The notes under the pieces: generated by a model
What the model was told of the DNA's origin: nothing
Seen by the model: the letters and a program-made list of their open reading frames with translations, nothing else
Databases searched by the model: none
Shown: in pieces, positions 24,578 through 29,193 of the stretch
How the letters are laid out: every line of letters begins with the position of its first letter
How positions within the stretch are numbered: position 1 is the stretch's first letter
Virus record (IMG/VR): IMGVR_UViG_3300020042_002655
Span: 1-29,193 of that record
Direction: 5' to 3' (one strand)
From: a virus
Lineage: Duplodnaviria; Caudoviricetes
Length of the DNA stretch: 29,193 bases
Translations under genes and position numbers: made by a program

Positions 24578-26137
24578 TCATAAATTAATTTCTGCTTCAA
24601 ACATACGAGTTAGCAAAGCGTTATCAGCTACCTTGCTTTCCAGCGCCTTAAACATTTTCTTTTCGATAGGACTACCTTGAATGTGAATGACCGTCACCTT
24701 GTCGGAGTTCTGCCCCTTGCGATCAGCGCGAGCGATGCACTGGATATATTGCTCAACGGACATTAACGGACCAAAGAACACCACGGTATCGGCCGCAGTC
24801 AACGTGATGCCATGCGCTGATGCTTGGGGTTGCATGACTAAAACACGCGGGTTAGGTTCAGACTGAAAGCGCCGGATGGTGTCCGCCCGTTTGCTCGGTG
24901 GGATGTCGCCGTGTATACACTCGGTCGTAATGTTCTTTTTTAACAAGTGCGTATGAATAGCGTCGATGGTGCTGCGAAATAGTGCGAAGATAATTACCTT
25001 GCGGCTAGTCTCTTCCAAAATTTCTTCAAGCACACCGAGTCGTGGTGCTGCGTCGAACTCCACTACTTCCTTGTCGTCTGTGTATGCCGCGCCGCATGAT
25101 ATTTGCAACAGCTTCGATACGGCTGACGCTGCGTTGATGGCAGTAATCGTTTCGCCAGCAGCTTGCATGACCATGCGTTCTTTCAGCAGGTTGTAGTACT
25201 TGGCTTGCTGCGGAGTCAACGGTATCTCGCGCACCATCGTCAGCACTGGTGGCAGGTCAAGACACTCGGCCTTAGTGAACCGGATGGCTGGCTGTAGGGC
25301 ATCGAACACTAGCTTCGGTGCTGTCGGTTTCGGAGCCCACTTAAACTGCGTGACCTTGTTCATCACCGCATCACGCCAGCCTGTAAAGAACTTTGGCACA
25401 CCGTCAGGGTTAACTAACTTGGCCAGACCGTATGCGTCAGCGGGTGACTGCGATGCAGGTGTACCCGTCATCATCCACAGATGTGTCTTAGCGTTAAGGA
25501 CGTACTTGAGCGCCTTCCACCTGCGGGTGGTCATCGTCTTGTACGCGTTGGCTTCGTCAACAATCACTAGGTCGAACCTGCCATCGTTAACGATCTCGTC
25601 TGCGATTAAGTTCAGTCCGTCATAGTTAGCGATGACAAACTCATAGTCTTGTTGAACCATCTCGATACGCCGACTAGCTTGAGTATGGTGCGCCACGATG
25701 GCCGAGCGATGAATGATACTGTTGTTCAAGTCCCCCAACCACGCGCTCTGCATGATCGACAAGGGGCACAGGATAAGACAGCGACGCACATCCCCACGCT
25801 GCATCAGGTAGTCAGCAGCCCATAGCGCGGAGAGTGTCTTGCCTGTGCCGGGCTCGGAGAATACAAACGCTTTCTTGTGCATCGTTAAGAACGCAGAGGT
25901 GTCGATCTGATGCGCCATCGGTTTATATTTACCCGGCCAGTTGTAGCGTGTGAGGATTGGCGACGGGACATCTTTAACACCGAGGTTCTTTAGTACGCGG
26001 CACTCATCTAGTCCGAAGTAAACAGCGATCTCATACGTGCCATCTTCTTCGGACATGATCTTGTGCTTCGGGATGATGCTGTACTTCTGTGGGTTGCGAG
26101 TGCGAAACAGCAACGCCTTGTTGTCAATGATCTGCAT
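24578..26137 (-). CDS. SNF2-family (SF2) helicase
   Basis: Motif I EPGTGKT, Ia LILCPLS, II IVDEAN, III MTGTP, V HGITLT and VI QCIARADRKGQ. Confidence 0.9.
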   Translation of the reverse strand: MQIIDNKALLFRTRNPQKYSIIPKHKIMSEEDGTYEIAVYFGLDECRVLKNLGVKDVPSPILTRYNWPGKYKPMAHQIDTSAFLTMHKKAFVFSEPGTGKTLSALWAADYLMQRGDVRRCLILCPLSIMQSAWLGDLNNSIIHRSAIVAHHTQASRRIEMVQQDYEFVIANYDGLNLIADEIVNDGRFDLVIVDEANAYKTMTTRRWKALKYVLNAKTHLWMMTGTPASQSPADAYGLAKLVNPDGVPKFFTGWRDAVMNKVTQFKWAPKPTAPKLVFDALQPAIRFTKAECLDLPPVLTMVREIPLTPQQAKYYNLLKERMVMQAAGETITAINAASAVSKLLQISCGAAYTDDKEVVEFDAAPRLGVLEEILEETSRKVIIFALFRSTIDAIHTHLLKKNITTECIHGDIPPSKRADTIRRFQSEPNPRVLVMQPQASAHGITLTAADTVVFFGPLMSVEQYIQCIARADRKGQNSDKVTVIHIQGSPIEKKMFKALESKVADNALLTRMFEAEINL

Positions 26138-26275
26138 TTACTTCTCCTGTTTTTTAGCGGCTTCTTGACCTGCCTTGAATCCTGCGTCCCACACAAACTT
26201 AGCAGCGTTAGGACCGAGTACTCTGCGCTCTACAATCGTCAATGACTTCCACCACTCTTGAAACTCTTTACTCAT
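26138..26275 (-). CDS. 45-aa small protein missing from the ORF track
   Basis: MSKEFQEWWKSLTIVERRVLGPNAAKFVWDAGFKAGQEAAKKQEK. ATGA overlap with the HNH gene, GGAG SD, and its TAA abuts the helicase ATG. Confidence 0.7.
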   Translation of the reverse strand: MSKEFQEWWKSLTIVERRVLGPNAAKFVWDAGFKAGQEAAKKQEK

Positions 26276-26505
26276 TTGTTATCTCCACGATTTGCTTTAA
26301 CGCTGCGCATACGCAGATTGCCTTTGGCTGATGTACCGCCACCGCGTAACGGTGTGATGTGATCTACGTCTTTACCGTCGCCCTTGGTAGCAGCGCCGGT
26401 CTTTTCCATCATGCGCCTAGCTTTAACTCTCTCTGCGCGTTTCTTAACTTGCTCCGGCTTGCCGTGATATTCGGCGTACTCTTTTTTGTAGTCTCTAGTT
26501 GCCAT
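26272..26505 (-). CDS. Small HNH-motif protein
   Basis: KDVDHITPLRGGG...NLR....NR. AGGAG SD upstream. Confidence 0.75.
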   Translation of the reverse strand: MATRDYKKEYAEYHGKPEQVKKRAERVKARRMMEKTGAATKGDGKDVDHITPLRGGGTSAKGNLRMRSVKANRGDNK

Positions 26506-26507
26506 GA

Positions 26508-27176
26508 TTAACTCCTTGGATGATGTTCACAGGTTACAACTGGGCACCACGGGCATAGGGGTGATGGTTTAGGATTCCATACGCCTGTCTCATGCGCTTG
26601 CTCGATACGTGCTACGCGTTGACGATACTCCCACCACTCAGCAGGTGCTTCGTCTACGGACATACTGACCTTCACCATGTCGTTCTTAACTACAAACAAC
26701 AGCGCTGCATTAACTTTCCGAATGTGTGGGAAGTGTGCGAACACCATGAGCGCCATTAACTTTAGCTGCTCGCGGTCAGGGTACTTATTGTTCCCTGTCT
26801 TGTAGTCCACCACCCACGCTGTCAGATTGTCGTCGTCAAGGATAAGTAAATCTGCAATACCCCTGACCCATACTTCGGGTCCGACCCAACCACAAGGCGC
26901 AAGGTCTGTCGTTAACGCCATTTGGTACTCGCACATCTTGCGTCCGGGCTTTTTCTTCAAAGCATCGAGCGTTGTTTGTATGTAGTTGAACTGCTCCGGC
27001 AACGGCACGTCGTCTTTGATGTGGTCTTCCGCCGCCTTGTGTAGCTGTGTACCGTAGCGTGTTGCTTCTGTTTCGGTGAACGCATACTTTTTTAAGACCC
27101 TGACTTCTTGATACTTGCGAGAGCAACTCTCGTAATCTTTTAGTGCGCTGTGTGACCAGACAACCTTATTCGCCAT
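26508..27176 (-). CDS. Cas4-like PD-(D/E)XK exonuclease
   Basis: WSHS..YESC, YGTQLH, GIADL, VVDYKTG, QLKLMAL and C-terminal CPWCPVVTC (1+3 Cys). Start set at MANK (27176) after a GGGGA SD. Confidence 0.85.
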   Translation of the reverse strand: MANKVVWSHSALKDYESCSRKYQEVRVLKKYAFTETEATRYGTQLHKAAEDHIKDDVPLPEQFNYIQTTLDALKKKPGRKMCEYQMALTTDLAPCGWVGPEVWVRGIADLLILDDDNLTAWVVDYKTGNNKYPDREQLKLMALMVFAHFPHIRKVNAALLFVVKNDMVKVSMSVDEAPAEWWEYRQRVARIEQAHETGVWNPKPSPLCPWCPVVTCEHHPRS

Positions 27177-27432
27177 TATGTCCCCCGTAATACACATGCC
27201 CTTCCTTATGAAACTGATCGGTGCTCGTTACCTGATGGTACGCGTCGTCTAATGCGCTTCGGGCTTCGTCATATACACGAGATGCTCTACATAGTTTTTT
27301 GTATGCAGTTGTCGAAAAGCCCAAATTATTACCCACTATAGACTGCGCCTTTTGTAGTGTTGAATTTACGCTGGATAAAAGTCGCGCTAATTCAACATGT
27401 TCTTCATGGGTCATTTCTTTTTTGCGGCTCAT
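27166..27432 (-). CDS. Hypothetical helical protein (88 aa)
   Basis: Overlaps both neighbours within the operon. No motif recognised. Confidence 0.6.
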   Translation of the reverse strand: MSRKKEMTHEEHVELARLLSSVNSTLQKAQSIVGNNLGFSTTAYKKLCRASRVYDEARSALDDAYHQVTSTDQFHKEGHVYYGGHNGE

Positions 27433-27755
27433 TTAAACCTCGCTGAATCTATTGCTTTGGATAGACGGTTAGCAAACTCGGTAACAAACTGCTCATCTGC
27501 ATTGAGTTGGTCACGCCCCATATCGAACAGTATTGCGTGCGTTACTTCGTGCCAGAATGAATCTCTGATGTCGCACTCTTTGTACGGCTTGCCTGTGATG
27601 TTGCTGCGCTTGCCGACCTTGATCTGCTGCTCTGGGTAGTACGTCTTGCCCATGTGTCTACGCTCAAGCATAGCCTCGACAACTTCTACCGAGTACCACT
27701 TACGACCCACCCTGATGCGCGTAGGCAGCGTTGGTTTTGTTCTATCTTTGTTCAT
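27429..27755 (-). CDS. Small HExxH (zincin-like) protein
   Basis: SFWHEVTHAIL followed by DEQFV. SD AAGGAGAAG. Confidence 0.65.
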   Translation of the reverse strand: MNKDRTKPTLPTRIRVGRKWYSVEVVEAMLERRHMGKTYYPEQQIKVGKRSNITGKPYKECDIRDSFWHEVTHAILFDMGRDQLNADEQFVTEFANRLSKAIDSARFK

Positions 27756-27764
27756 TGCTTCTCC

Positions 27765-29192
27765 TTAGTTTTTAGCTAGTCCATATCTACGGTGAGCACC
27801 ACCGTCAGCGTCCAGCGGGATACCCGGCATATACCGTGGCTCCATAGTCATCTGCGCCAAGACCCAAGTCTTAGCTTCATCTACTTCGTCATCAGCCACA
27901 AGTGCAATAAGTTCATCGTGTACTGTGCCTACCACAAGGTATCTTTGGGATACACGCAGCATGCCATCAGTCATCACAATACGTGCCAACGCCTGAGTAA
28001 CATGGTTTGTTACTTTACCTGCGTACAACTTGGTAGCGTCTGGCCCGTATACCCACTGGCTCCTACCTTTGTTGTCTTGTGTAATGCGTAAGTCTGGGTA
28101 AAGCAACTTCATTCCGTTGGGCAATTCTATCTCACCCTTGCGGAAGGTTAGACATTTATACACGAACTCATTACCCTCGTAAAGACTGTAATCAATCAGG
28201 TAAGAACACATTGCCCAAAAATCAACAACGGGGTGTGCTGTGCTGCGATACATGTCGATGATTCGCTTGGATGCAATGGCGTGGAACACCAAGTCTCTTA
28301 TGCTACAGGTGTGGGGTATGTCCCGTAGCTTTGCTTCCGTCTCCTGCCAACTTAAGAACTGCTCTGCAAATTCTTTACTCGCCCCCAACTGCCTAGCAAA
28401 TGACATTTCGTACCGTACAGGCGGTGCGCCCAGAAACCCCGTCAACAACTGGCTGGCAAAGCTCGCCCAGCCTAGACCATAGCCGCAACCAAGCAGGGCT
28501 GACTTGGCGCTCTGGCGTAGCTCTGGATGGCTCTCCTTGGTCATGCCGGGTATGTTAAACATCCTTGCCCCGAACTGTGCATAGGGGTCACGGCCAGAGC
28601 GGAAGATGTGCAGCATTTCATCGTAGTCAGACAGCCATGCCAGTACACGCGGTTCGATCTGGCTCAAGTCCCCAACGACGAGTTGGTGTCCTTCGGGGGC
28701 CATGATTGCCTTCCGTAGAAACGATCCACGCTTGAGGTTCTGCATGTTGATGGCGCTGCCTTTAGAGGCTGACCATCGTCCCGACTTGGCTCCGTAATAT
28801 GAAAGCGGTACGGGGAGGGTGCCTCGCCCACTGATGTCCAAGAAACGTTGCGCCCGTGTTCGCTCGGTGGTTGATTTAACTGCGAGTCGCGCTTCACACA
28901 GTAGCACCACATCTTCTCGTTCACCGTTAAGCAGTGCTTGAAACAGCGCATCGTTCTTTGCCAGAGCAAGAGCTTTTTTGCCCGTCGTCTTGCTCGTCTT
29001 GTATGGAACTGTACATCCCATACCAACCAGAATATCCGCAAACTTAGGGTTGCTCGCCAGTGCTGCATCGTCCACACCAAGCCGTGCCAGTAGTGCTTCA
29101 CGTTTTTCCTTTTCGTCTTTGATTGCTGACTCTAGTAACGGGGCGTCCAACAGCAGCGTTGGGTGGGTGAACATCTTTAACGTCATGTCGAT
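27765..29192 (-). CDS. polA: DNA polymerase family A, C-terminal part (gene continues beyond the window)
   Basis: SGRWS, NMQNL, motif A DLSQIEPR, motif B RQSAKSALLGCGYG and motif C TVHDE. The frame stays open to the window edge. Confidence 0.93.
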   Translation of the reverse strand: MDMTLKMFTHPTLLLDAPLLESAIKDEKEKREALLARLGVDDAALASNPKFADILVGMGCTVPYKTSKTTGKKALALAKNDALFQALLNGEREDVVLLCEARLAVKSTTERTRAQRFLDISGRGTLPVPLSYYGAKSGRWSASKGSAINMQNLKRGSFLRKAIMAPEGHQLVVGDLSQIEPRVLAWLSDYDEMLHIFRSGRDPYAQFGARMFNIPGMTKESHPELRQSAKSALLGCGYGLGWASFASQLLTGFLGAPPVRYEMSFARQLGASKEFAEQFLSWQETEAKLRDIPHTCSIRDLVFHAIASKRIIDMYRSTAHPVVDFWAMCSYLIDYSLYEGNEFVYKCLTFRKGEIELPNGMKLLYPDLRITQDNKGRSQWVYGPDATKLYAGKVTNHVTQALARIVMTDGMLRVSQRYLVVGTVHDELIALVADDEVDEAKTWVLAQMTMEPRYMPGIPLDADGGAHRRYGLAKN

Positions 29193-29193
29193 C

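Noticed and set aside
26272-26505. HNH gene as a mobile intron or homing element
   Set aside because: A free-standing 77-aa gene with its own SD that interrupts no neighbouring gene.
26508-27176. Cas4-like gene as a sign of a CRISPR-Cas system
   Set aside because: No repeat-spacer array or other cas genes are seen. Solo Cas4-like nucleases are routine in phage replication modules.
20477-28718. Plus-strand ORFs within the replication arm (e.g. 23077-23556, 24101-24478, 25200-25625)
   Set aside because: They lie opposite well-supported minus-strand genes and have no independent coding evidence.
28664-29101. 145-aa alternative-frame ORF inside polA
   Set aside because: Fully nested out of frame in the polymerase gene, with no recognisable motif.
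1-29193. Alternative genetic code or stop-codon reassignment
   Set aside because: Genes tile densely under the standard code, and TAA, TGA and TAG all occur as apparent stops.

Overview
This is an internal segment of a tailed dsDNA phage genome with podovirus-like architecture. No tape measure, CRISPR array, tRNA or integrase is visible in the window. The + strand arm (17-19568) is a late operon: holin, a small lipoprotein, GH24 endolysin, a tail nozzle/stabilisation-like protein, three putative ejection (DNA-transfer) proteins (one with an SLT domain), an unexplained DDxxD helical protein, and a 2865-aa polyvalent protein (HExxH metallopeptidase, a WCT-motif domain, LPD38-like C-terminus). 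The - strand arm (19534 to the window end) is a replication operon: family A DNA polymerase (truncated by the window edge), small HExxH protein, Cas4-like nuclease, HNH protein, SNF2 helicase, SSB-like protein, HTH regulator and a primase-DUF927 helicase. The arms converge and overlap at about 19.55 kb. The most interesting signals are: (i) short peptide motifs shared among otherwise unrelated virion/ejection proteins, possibly a targeting or processing code; (ii) a DDxxD isoprenoid-synthase-like gene coupled to a pilot protein with a leader-Cys-Glu-Pro start; (iii) a compact loop-E/GNRA RNA hairpin after the SSB gene; (iv) clamp-binding-like QxxLF motifs. All family assignments come from motif recognition by eye; no searches were run.
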